Shown piece after piece: positions 1 through 12,260 of a stretch of DNA of 64,000 nucleotides. The DNA is from Eledone cirrhosa (Eukaryota). Under the pieces are notes generated by a model that worked only from the letters and a program-made list of their open reading frames with translations, was not told the DNA's origin and ran no database searches. Both the position numbers and the translations under genes were made by a program. Numbering within the stretch: position 1 is the first letter of the stretch; each line of letters opens with the position of its first letter. The DNA lies in contig OZ024753.1 in the NCBI GenBank assembly GCA_964016885.1, positions 46,686,001-46,750,000 on the forward strand. Direction: 5' to 3'.

Positions 1-172
1 TCTTCTTCCGGGGTTTCCTGGCACTTCTTCACCCAGTGATCGTCATCCATGCACATCACATGCCTGTACCAATGCAGTCTTCCCTCTTGCACACCCCATC
101 AGATTCCTCTTAAACCTAGTTTTTCCATCAGTTCATCCAAGCCCTGCCTTTCTCTCACATATACATTGCACA
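1..172 (-). mobile_element. RTE LINE 3' ORF fragment
   Basis: Reverse strand encodes GVQEGRLHWYRHVMCMDDDHWVKKCQE, homologous to 35276-35485. Confidence 0.8.
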
Positions 173-809
173 ACCAATATATATATATATATATATATAT
201 ACATACACAACATGCACACACGCACATATATATAAAGTAGAACTAGAGTTCATAAGGGAGCAGACCTAGAAAATGAAAACATCAACTTGCTCCACTCCCT
301 TGTCTATAAATTGTATTGCATTATCAACCTTATTACCTAAGATGCTGCCTGATGTTGTGGTGTTGGTTGTTGCGTAGTTGAAGCATTACGTAACCATGAA
401 TGCAATTGATGTATCACAGCTGATTATGAATAAAAGAATTATGAATATCTACATCTGACCTTTGCAATTATTATTATTCTATATGTATATATATAATCAT
501 AATAATTGTTTCTACTTTTGGCACAAGGCCAGCAATAACCCAGTGCATTACTGGTACTTTATTAGGCAGTATGTTATAATTTTATCACATTCTATTTATT
601 ACATAATCCTGTCATACATATTTCGATGGCATCTGTTATGTAATAATCAGAGACAACATTATTATATAATAATTAGTGATGTGCTTATTCATTTGATACA
701 CCAGCCGGCGGGACGAGGTGTGCTTTTTTTTTTAATCAATCAGCTTGCACATGCAAGCATCGAAAAATGGACATAAAATCGATGATGATGATATATGAAT
801 ATATTTATA

Positions 810-1700
810 TATCATCATCATCATCGTTTTTTATGTCTTTTTTTCCATGCATTGGACAGGTCCTTTCAGTACAACATCTCTCCACTTATTTGAGATCAAT
901 TCTCACCACCTCTGCCCAGGTCTTCCAAGGTCTACCTCTACTACAGCTTCCTTCAACTGGGATTTCTTGCATTTCTTCACCCATGCATATCACATGACTG
1001 TACCAATGCAGTCTTCTCTCTTGCAAACCACTTTAGATTCCTCATAAACCCAATTTCTTCCGCTATTCATTGAAGTTCTGTCTTTCTCTCACATTGTTTA
1101 TTCTAAGTTTGCTCTTAGTCCCTCTTTTTTTTAAGCAACAGTGATGCTATGTGCACCAGTATCATTTCTAACACACTTTTCCCCATCAACATCCTGATTC
1201 CCACTGACACACTGCCTTGCAATGGTGGAACAACTTTACATCTCTGATCTTCACATCACAAGACATTGGCAAACTTTCTTTCTTCAGCCTCTTTCTGAGC
1301 TATGTATACCTGTTGTCTAGCTTCTATCCTAGCTACCCAGTATTACACTCTGCTACCTCCAATTTTTCCAGTCTTTCCTTGCCTGTCTCTTGAACTTAAT
1401 GGCTCTATCCACTGTACTGTTCCAACACCAGGTCACCCCCTGGCTGATGCTTTGTTCCAGTCACAAGTCTCATCAGTAGTTTGCAATAGGTTGTCACATA
1501 AGAATTTCCAATTCCTCTGTTATATGTATCTATCTTCTCTCCCCTCTCATCATAAGCATCTCATAAAACCTTTCTAATCCTATATTCAACAGAAAGGTCT
1601 TTTACCTACCATAGCCTCCATCTCCATATTTTCCTGCATATCATGTTCCATCTTGTGTTTATTCTGATGTCACTTATAACTAACATGTGTTAGGCAGAAC
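810..1700 (-). mobile_element. Decayed RTE LINE fragments with (CAT)n tail
   Basis: Reverse strand of 840-1095 encodes LQERRLHWYSHVI..KKCKKSQL..RGRPWKTWAEVVRIDL. The remainder is degraded, probably the same class; boundaries approximate. Confidence 0.65.
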
Positions 1701-3090
1701 ATTCTCCTCTGGGGAAGGTCTTAGTATTTATTTCACTGTCTTACAAGTTAGAAAGCAATCTGGCTTGTGTGTTTACCTGATTTGTAGCAGTTTATCTTGG
1801 TGCCAGAACTAAAGAGGTTGTCATGTCTTTGACACAACTGAGGGGTCCTTCCAACCCTTTGTTTGGCAAGCTTTCTATGGTTAAAGGCCCTTCTTATCAT
1901 TCAGAATATATAAAGAATGTATATTTTAAAAAATGGGGAGCAGAATTAGAAAATTGAATTAGGTTTCCTCTTAACTTTGACTAAATAAAATAGTCTAATA
2001 ATAATGGGGCATATAAACCCACTGAACAGAAAAAGATGGACATCAGCACACATGAGAGTCAAATCCACATCTCATGATTGCTGGGCAAGTGTGTTACCAT
2101 TACCCATAAAAAATGTAATTTGAACCATTCATACCTCACTTCATGATCACACCTTAGTGACTATTCTCACCATCCCTGTACACCCCATTCACACTATATA
2201 GGATCACCTCCATCCATTTAAATCCCAATACACCAGTCATAACTCCTTAGTTACTGTTCTGATCACCCCATAAAATTTCCCTACCCTTATGACATATTTT
2301 CTCTCTCCCACAACGTCCATGACATTAGACATGTAAACTGTTCCCTCCCACCTATTAGCACTTACCCATCATATTATACTTACCTTGCTTCTTACCTCCC
2401 CACTCCCCAAAGGACACTGAGGACCCTTCAGTCGAGTCAATGACTGGAAATCTCTCTAGTGCTGGAACTACAATAAGACACACCCACCACACTCTTTAAA
2501 ATGGTGGGTGTGTGGAAGGGCTTTCACCTATAGAAACCATGCCAAAAGGGTTGAGACTTCTTCTCTTGTGTTGATGCCATACGATGCACCCAGTACACTC
2601 TGTAATGCGGTTGGTGATAGAAAGCCATTCCGCCATGTAAAAAAAAACAGATGAGGGGGGGGGGGGGGCTCTTTATTTGTGATAATGGCACAACAACCAC
2701 TCCAGTGTTTGTGACATGATAAAATGCCCCTAGTACAACTTGTTAGGCAGTTAATGATAATAAGAGCAGGCAGCAATAGAAAACATTCAAACAAAAGATC
2801 AAGTGAGTTCTTCAGTTGAGCTTGACATGACAACTTCTCTAGTGCTGGAGACCCAATAAAATGCACCCAGCGCATTCTGTAGAGTGCAGGAACATATGTA
2901 TATTTTTCTTGATACAATACTTACTTATATTAATATACTCCGTGATCTCTTCTGGACCTATATACCATATTCCTGTGCTTGGATATTTATGCTATATGAG
3001 TCAAAGGATACCATTGAGTCAAATTCTCTGGTAAGCACTCAGTCTTGATATACACAAACAAAACCTTATCTAACCTCACATATATATATA

Positions 3091-3318
3091 TTATGTAATA
3101 AACAACACAATATAATTATTCCATTACCCAAGGTTTCGTGAAGTTAGACGATTCTAACAGAAACGTCTGGTTTCATTCATCAGAAGAAATATCTTTATTA
3201 CGATATCGTAATAAATATATTTCATCTGCCCAACAAAATCCGACGTTTCAGTTAGAATCGTCTAACTTCACGAAACCTTGGGTAATGGAATAATTATATT
3301 GTGTTGCTTATTATATAA
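3091..3318. repeat. 228-bp fold-back palindrome with hammerhead-like remnants
   Basis: Arms 3091-3204 and 3205-3318 are centred on CGAT|ATCG and nearly identical except an internal patch (~3168-3185 vs ~3224-3241). Contains the hairpin GTTAGA-ATCG-TCTAAC plus GAAACCTTGGGTA and GAAACGTC motifs. Confidence 0.9.
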
Positions 3319-3380
3319 ATAGCTCTGTATTATACGTAGAGCACTCTTCTTTCCTTTACCTTTTCTACGGAAATACTTAG

Positions 3381-3414
<34 letters not shown>

Positions 3415-3634
3415 AAGGTACATGGCTTTGTGGTTAAAGAGTCATGATCATAAAGTTATGGTATGTTCTGTTCTTGAGCAAAATAGTTTATTTCACATTG
3501 CTCCTTCTGCCAGCAGTTATGACCAATAGATAGTATCAGTGATGGAAAGACCAATGGAAACATGAATTCCTCGGTCCAATCTCACCATCAGTACCTTTCC
3601 TCATTGTATCTCTGTGTTTGTCTTTTTTAATCTT

Positions 3635-3665
<31 letters not shown>

Positions 3666-3718
3666 CATCATCATTTTACGTCCGCTTTTTCCTGCTTGCA
3701 AGGGTGGGACGGGGACTG

Positions 3719-3833
<115 letters not shown>

Positions 3834-4269
3834 ATATACGTGTGTGTGTATGTGCGTTTGTGTGTGTTTCTTTATGCCGTGTAACACAAGGCAGAAATAA
3901 GCATAAGAGTTGCTATGATCAACTAAAACCATCTTAAAGATGTTGCTCCAGCATGGTTACAGTTCAACAGCTAAAAGCTAGTAAAGAGATGGAAGAATAC
4001 GAGAATACCTTTAATGCTCCACCACCCACCCTTTCTCTGTCAATCTACTTCTTTGTCTAACTCAGCCCATCACTTTCATAACATACTCCTCCTTCCCTCT
4101 CTCTCTCTCTCTCCTCTCTTGCTCTCTCCTCTCTTGCTCTCTCCTCTCTCTCCTCTCTCTCCTCTCTCTCCCCCCTCTCTCTATCTTCACTACTTTACAA
4201 AAATAGAAATAAAGACCCAACAATGTTTATAACTGTAAAGCTTTAACTGACTCAGAGGCTGGCCTAGGG

Positions 4270-6369
4270 TTGAGCAGCAGCAGCAGCACCATCATCAGCA
4301 GCAGCACCACCACCATCAGCAGCAGCACCACCAGCAGCAGCACCGCCACCACCACCACCACCACCATCAGCACCAGCACCACCATCAGCAGCAGCACCAC
4401 CACCACCACCAGCACCAGCACCACCATCAGCAGCAGCAGCACTATCAGCAGCAGTAGCACCATCATCATCAGCAGCAGCAGCACCACCACCATCAGCAGC
4501 AGCAGCAGCACTACCACCATCAGCAGTATATTGAATATAAAATACATACACACACATTTAATGGTTTCATCCATATATATATGTTTGTGTGTGCATGCAT
4601 GCATATGCACATATGTGTGTGTGTGTGCACCCCCACCCCCACACACACACAAGAATTTTCTTTATGTATTTGCTTTTGCTTCCTTTTATTATTTTCCCTC
4701 CTCCTCTCTTCTCTCCTCTTCCTCCTCCTCTCTTCTCTCCTCCTTCCAGTATCTCTCCATCTCCCCTTCCTCCTCCCCTTCAATCTCCACTAAAAGCACC
4801 ACTAATATAAAATAGTATTACATACACACACACATATATATATGTGTGTATGTGTATACATACACACACACACATATATATATATGTGTATGTGTATACA
4901 TACACACACATATATATATGTGTATCTGTATACATACACACACATATATATATGTGTATGTGTATACATACACACACATATATATATGTGTGTGTGTGTA
5001 TGTATATACATATGTATAAATATGAATATATGCATATATATATGTGTATATATACATATACACACGTATATATATATGTGTGTATATATACATATACACA
5101 CGTATATATATATGTGTGTATATATATATACATATACACACGTATATATATATGTGTGTATATATACATATACACACGTATATATATATGTGTGTATATA
5201 TACATATATACACGTATATATATATGTGTGTATATGTACATATATACACGTATATAGTGATTTATTTTATGATGGCCAAATCAACTCCCACCACTTACCA
5301 TCTCTTCTCTCCCTTTTCCTTTCACACTCCCTCATAAATCTCAACTCCTACCTCTCCTCAGGCCCTCACACTCTTCCATCACTCCCATTCTCTCATACCT
5401 CTTCTCTCTCTGCCCCTCCCACCCCTCCTATTTCTCTTTCTTTCACCATCTCTCCCTCTCTTTATATTTACTTCTTTTTTTAATTTTTTGCTGCATGTAA
5501 GGTCACACACACACACACACAGACACTCACTCACACATACATAAACACTTGTACATACACACACACTCCCCCTTCCTCTTCATCCTATCTCCCACTCTCT
5601 ATTTGTGTCAATGTGTGTGTTGTACTCATCACACACTCCATCTTTTATCACTCTTTCTCTCACTCTCGCTCTCTCTCACTCTCACTCCCGCTCTCTCTCA
5701 CTCTCACTCTCTCTCACTCTCGCTCACTTTCCCTACCACTCACTCTCGCTCCCACTCTCGCTCTCTCTCACTCTCACTCCCGCTCTCTCTCACTCTCACT
5801 CTCTCTCACTCTCGCTCACTTTCCCTACCACTCACTCTCGCTCCCACTCTCGCTCTCTCTCACTCTCACTCTCACTCTCGCTCTCTCTCACTCTCACTAT
5901 CTCTCACTCTCACTCTCGCTCACTTTCCCTACCACTCACTCTCGCTCCCACTCTCGCTCTCTCTCACTCTCACTCTCACTCTCTCTCACTCTCACTATCT
6001 CTCACTCTCACTCTCGCTCACTTTCCCTACCACTCACTCTCGCTCCCACTCTCGCTCTCTCTCACTCTCCCTACCACTCACTCTCGCTCCCACACTCGCT
6101 CTATCTCACTTTCCCTATCACTCACTCTCGCTCTCTCTCACTCCCACTCTCACTCCCACTCTCCCTCCCACTCTCCCCCCTCACCCCCCCCCCACCCCAC
6201 CTCCCACTCTTCCCCCCACTCTACAACCCCTCCACCACCTTCCTCACTCTTCTTTATCCATGCGAATCCATAGAAACATCCCAGGAAACTGTGTATGTAT
6301 GTATGTAAGTATTTCAGTGCTTATATGTATGTATGTATGGTTGGGCACACTGGCGATTACACAACCATG

Positions 6370-6415
<46 letters not shown>

Positions 6416-7920
6416 TGTATATACATATACATGTATATATATATATATATATATACATGTATATATATATATATATATGTGTATATACGTATGTATGTAT
6501 AATTGACTTCATGCATATATGTGAATACACACGTATGCATGTGTGTATACATGTGTGTATACATGTGTGTATACATGTGTGTATACATGTGTGTATAATT
6601 GCACATATGTTTGGATAGCTGGATGGATGGATACATCTGTGAGTGATGTGAGTCTGTGTGGGAGTGAGTGTATATCTATGTGTATATCTGTGTGTGTGTG
6701 TGTGTGGAGAGAGAGTGTATATATATATATATATATATATAAGTGTGTGTGTGTGTAGGCGAGAGAGTGTGTGTATGAATGTGTAGTGTATGTGTGTGCG
6801 TATTCAGCTACATATGCCCAGGTAACACTGACGTCACTGCAAATGTGCATATCATTAGCTGATGACACTGGCTACTACTACTGCTGCTACTACCACTACT
6901 ACTACTGCTGCTACTACTACTACTGCTGCTACTACCACTACTACTACTGCTGCTACTACCACTACTACTACTGCTGCTACTACCACTACTACTACTGCTA
7001 CCACTACTACTACTGCTGCTGCTACCACTACTACTACTACTGCTGCTACTACCACTACTACTACTGCTACCACTACTACTACTGCTACTGCTGCTACTAC
7101 CACTACTACTACTGCTACCACTACTACTACTGCTGCTACTACCACTACTACCACTGCTGCTACTGCTGCTACTACCACTACTACTGCTGCTGCTACTACC
7201 ACTACTATTACTGCTGCTACTACCACTACTACTACTGCTGCTACTACCACTACTATTACTGCTGCTGCTACTACCACTACTACTACTGCTGCTACTACCA
7301 CTACTACTACTGCTGCTACTACCACTACTACTACTGCTGCTACTACCACTACTACTACTGCTGCTGCTGCTTTTACTACTACTACTATTGCTACTGCTAC
7401 GACTTCTACTACTACCACCACCACAGTTACTACTACTACTGCTAGTACCACTACCACAACTGCTGCTGCTACTACTACTACTGCTGTTATAGCGAGAGAT
7501 ATCGTGGATGAGAGTGAAATACATGAAAGCCCCAGAAGGATTAAATACATCGACATTGGCATGATTTGAATTCACAACCTAAAATATACCTTACAGCATC
7601 GACTCTAGGGGAAGGGATGATTTAATTAAACCTTTTTAACCCAGGAGATAACTGGTATTTGTCTATCATTGACTCTGGCTGGATTTGATCTGGGTACATT
7701 GAGGAATGTGATTAGGCACAGGTGGCGATGGTGGTGGTGGTGGTGGTGGGGATAGGGGTGGGGGTGATGGTAGTGATGATGACGGTGGTGATGGTAATGG
7801 CAGTGATGGTGGTGATAGTAGTGGTGGTGGTGATGGTGGTGGTGGTGATGGTGATGATGGTGATGGTGACCATGGAGAGGATGATAGTAGTAGTAGTAAT
7901 GGTGGTGGTGGTGATGATGT
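4270..7920. repeat. Cluster of large compound microsatellites
   Basis: (CAG/CAC/CAT)n 4270-4525; (TA/CA/TG)n 4820-5255; (CT/CTCA/CTCG)n 5645-6160; (CTA/CTG/CCA)n 6870-7485; (GGT/GAT)n 7720-7920. Confidence 0.95.
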
Positions 7921-8001
7921 AAATAATGTATTTACCACAAGGGAATCACAAATGGAAAATATAGTAAATTAGCAAAGATGTGTTTATAATAATGTCGTTA
8001 A

Positions 8002-8032
<31 letters not shown>

Positions 8033-9605
8033 ATTACTACTACTACTACCACTACCACCACCACCACCACCACCACTATTAATAATGTTACTATTAGGCA
8101 GATCAATACATTTGCCTGGTTGGCCTCTAAGTTAAGAGTACATGGCTATAGTTAGCAGTCAGCTTCTTTACACACATACACATATACATACATATACACA
8201 CACACACTTATATATACACATACACATACACACACATATATATACATGCATATACACACACACATAACATCATCATCATCATCGTTTACCGTCTATCTTC
8301 CACGCTAGCATGGGTTTAGACGGCAATTGTCCCACTTGAGGCAAGATTGGTTGTCTTGCTCGTGTAGGACTGTCTGGATGCCCTTCCTAACACCAACCTC
8401 ATTTACAGTGTGGACTGGGAGGTTTTTACCGTGTTACCTACACGGCCACATTACAGCATGGACTGTGTGTTTTTTTTGTCGTGACACCTACACAACCTCA
8501 TTTATTTAGGACTGGATGTTGTGGTACCAGCATAACTTTACAGAGAAAGGGGTGGTGTGGATGGGGGTAGTGGTAGTGGGATGGGGGTGTATTTTTGGTT
8601 AAGAGGTGCCTACTGACTGTAGGTTTCGCTTTGTACATAGGCAAGGCGGGTCTTCTGTATTACTGCGTAATACACACACATACATTCATGTTTATCTCTC
8701 CCACCTTAAAACTAATACCTACCCTCTCCTCTTCTCTTCCTCCTACCACTATAATCATCATCATTACTGTATCATGAAGATCACCAGGGGGGTGGGTCCT
8801 TTCATAGAGAAGGAGAGCCAGTTTTTATCTGCCGGGTGGCCATGGCAAAAGAAGTCATGGACACATTTAAAAGGATTGAAGACAAGCACTTTCCTCTTCA
8901 GCGAAACCCTGATTAACTTTTTCAGGTTTCACTTGAAAAGGTACATCAAGGTGGAGGGGGTAGAGCTGCATTCCAGTCAGTTTATTGAGGGGTGGGTGAG
9001 AGTGGTGAACATAGTCTGAGTGAAAGAACCTGCTCTGAGTATGCACCTGTGCATTGGACAACTGAGAGAGGGCACTTGCCTGAACTGTCAGGGTAACCAT
9101 GGTTTTGTGGGGCTTTCTCCATCAGTGACCCTATTGGAGTGTTTTGTTTAACCTTTTTTACACACAAAACCCACACTGTATCATCCTGTGTTGTCTCTAT
9201 TGTTTGCTTAATATCAGCCCTGTGTGGCTAATAAAGAAACCATTATCACATTTGTTTTCATACATATCTTCCTTACTCAAACCTCATTACCTCTTCCACC
9301 ACCGTCTTTCTCTGGCTACTCTTCATCCTCCTACTACCCCCCCCCCTCTCTCTCTTTGTCATTTAACCTCATACTTCACCTTTCTAGTCTGGACAATTCC
9401 TTTCTCCCTACCCTCCTCTCTTTCTCTCTATTATACTCTTCACTCTCTTTTTCTCTCCATCTCCATCACTCCCTTCCATCTCTATTCTAAAATTCCCACC
9501 ACACACTCTATCTCCTTCTCACCCCTCTCTCCAGTTTCATAATATTCTATTTTGTAAATAATTATTTCTACATGTGTGTCTGTGTACACACGTGGCTTTA
9601 TATAT

Positions 9606-9636
<31 letters not shown>

Positions 9637-9784
9637 CATATATATATATGTATATATATGTATATATATATAATCATCATCATCATTTTTACTCAGACCT
9701 TTCTATGCTGGCATGGATTTGATAGGACTTTCTAAGACAACGTTTTACAGCTGGATACCCTTTCTGACACTAACCCTTTTAGTT

Positions 9785-9845
<61 letters not shown>

Positions 9846-9848
<3 letters not shown>

Positions 9849-10229
9849 GGCGCATGGCTTAGTGGTTAGAGCATTGGGCTTGCAATCGAAAGGTTGTGAG
9901 TTCAATTCTCGGACCGCGTAATGTGTTGTTTCCTTGAGCAAGACACTTTATTTCACATTGCTCCAGTTTACTCAGCTATAGAAATGAGATGATAGGGACC
10001 CACTGCAAAGTGGACATGTAGGTGCCACGGAAAAAAAGCACCCAACACTCACTGTAAATGAGTTTGGTGTTAGGAAGGGCATCCAGCTGTAGAAATCAAG
10101 CCAGAATCAGTTCCTGTATGAGCAAGACAGGGTCAGCCGACTGGACACTGCCCACAACAGAGGACAACCCATCTAACCCATGCTAGCATGGAAGAACGGA
10201 CGTAAAACGATGATGATGATGATGATGAT
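9846..10229 (+). mobile_element. tRNA-derived SINE with RTE-type 3' tail
   Basis: A box TGGCTTAGTGG, B box GAGTTCAATTC, body CCTTGAGCAAGACACTTTATTTCAC, tail AACCCATGCTAGCATGGAA..CGTAAAAC(GAT)n. Confidence 0.85.
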
Positions 10230-12119
10230 AATAAAGGTGTGAAGAATAACGCAGATATATATATACCATTTATGCTGTGTGGTTTACTAATGGCCAGAAC
10301 TGGCCATGTAATAAGTTAAAGCATTCAACGTTAAGCAAATGATTCATCAATTTATTATAAATGTGGCACAGGATACCAATCCTGTGCCACGGTAGGAACA
10401 GAGTTAAATATTAATTTAGAAACAACAGAAGGTCAGACTCAAAATATTCTTTTAAAGTTTTAATGTTACAAAAAACACTTATTTCAATGACAGTTACATC
10501 ATCTGATCATGATGTAAGACTTTGACAATTTCATCAGGTATGGATTGCAAAATTAGTCAATAACAGGATTACGGCAAACAAAGAGAATAAATTTGATTCA
10601 GAGTTAGCCTGCTAATTCGGTTTTATTGTTGTGGCAAACCATCTTCAGAGATGGAATTTACACACAAAATAGTTATATATATATATATGTCTGTATTTGT
10701 ATGTGTGCAGGTATGGATGTTATTGTATTTGTGAATCTGTATGTTTTAAATTATATAAGTGTACCTATTATTTAATATATCTACTCAAGTTTTATATATT
10801 TTTATTATTCCAATAATAACTTTTACTTGTAATCTCATTAGTTTTGCTCTTTCTGATTTTGGGAAACCCAGTTTCTCAAGATTTGTGATGAGACAGTAAT
10901 ATATCCATGGGTCCAAATGATGAGAAATCTAAAGATATAATCAGAGTGGAGTTTCTGCAGGTTCCTCATTAGTTTTACCTGAATATTCTCCTTTTCACTA
11001 AACCCTAACCTGGTTAACTAAGTCTTCTCCATCACAGCCTCCTTCTTTCCTTTGATATCTTCTGAGTTATAGTTTCTTTAGATCAACATTCACCACCTCA
11101 AGACACATCTTTCCTTGTCTTCCGCTTCCATATCTTCCCTCCACTTTATCATAAATATGGCTGAATCATCAGACAGTCAGTGGTCTGTGCCAATGCTGGG
11201 CCATGTTCACATAAAATTATACACATAAAGGCATTCACACATACACACACACATACACACACTCTCTCTCTCTTGCTTTAAGAACTTTAGGAAAATGTTG
11301 CTATATTCCAATGGAAGCCTAAATATAAAAGTACCACATTCTAAACCACTTATAAAAAATACCTCAAGCTGACAGCAAATACAACAACAATAGTAATAGT
11401 AGTAGTAGTAGTAATAGTAGTAGTAATTATAATAATTTCATTATTTGCCACAAGGGCGCCAATTGAGAAAACATTACAAAGACAAATTACATAAAATTTG
11501 GGAGTTTACAGAGAAATGGGATGAAAAAAAATAAAATAAATAAATAAATTTCAAACATATATCATCATCATCATCATCATTATTTTACGCGATGATATAT
11601 ATGCATACTAATTATAATAATAATGATAATGATAATAATACTCCCTTTTCTAAAACTTTGACCCTAAGCCCTAAATCATTCAGTAATAACAAGGGTCTTA
11701 TTCTTTTTTTCCTTCCTATCTCCCTTCTTTTCATTGTCTATGTTACTTGAGGGTTTCAAACTATATATTATACCTCAAACACCACACAACGTGTGTGTGT
11801 ATGTGTGTGTGTGTATGTGTGTGTGTGTATGCATATGTGCACACACACACACACATATATACATACATATATATATACACACACACAGAAATAGCTTGGG
11901 ACATGAATGAAAAGAAAAAAATCTCAGCTGCTAAATTGCTTCTATCTCTGCAGCTGCTTCTTTCTTACCTTCTCTCTATATATCTTTCTCTCCCTCTCTC
12001 TCTCTCTCTTTCTCTCTCCTTCTCTCTCTCTTTCTCTCCCTCTCTCTCTCTCTCCCCCCTCTCTCTCTATATATATATATCTTTCTCTCTTTGTGACACC
12101 TTTGGTGTTGTGTGTGGTA

Positions 12120-12260
12120 CTGGTGATATAAGCAGGTGGTGGTGGTGGTGGTGGTGGTGATATAAGCAGGTGGTGGTATAAGCAGGGGGTGGTAGTGATG
12201 ATATAAGCAGGTGGTGGTGGTGGTGGTGATGGTGATGATATAAGCAGGTGGTGGTGGTGG
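12120..12260. repeat. Minisatellite GATATAAGCA(GGT)n
   Basis: Five TATAAGCAGG cores separated by variable GGT runs. Confidence 0.85.

Noticed and set aside
4227-7938. Long ORFs (poly-S/T/V/Y/H, up to 273 aa)
   Set aside because: Translations of microsatellites that are open in several frames on both strands; no splice or domain support.
9846-9920. tRNA-like sequence with A and B boxes
   Set aside because: Continues into a SINE body and RTE-type tail; it is a SINE head, not a tRNA gene.
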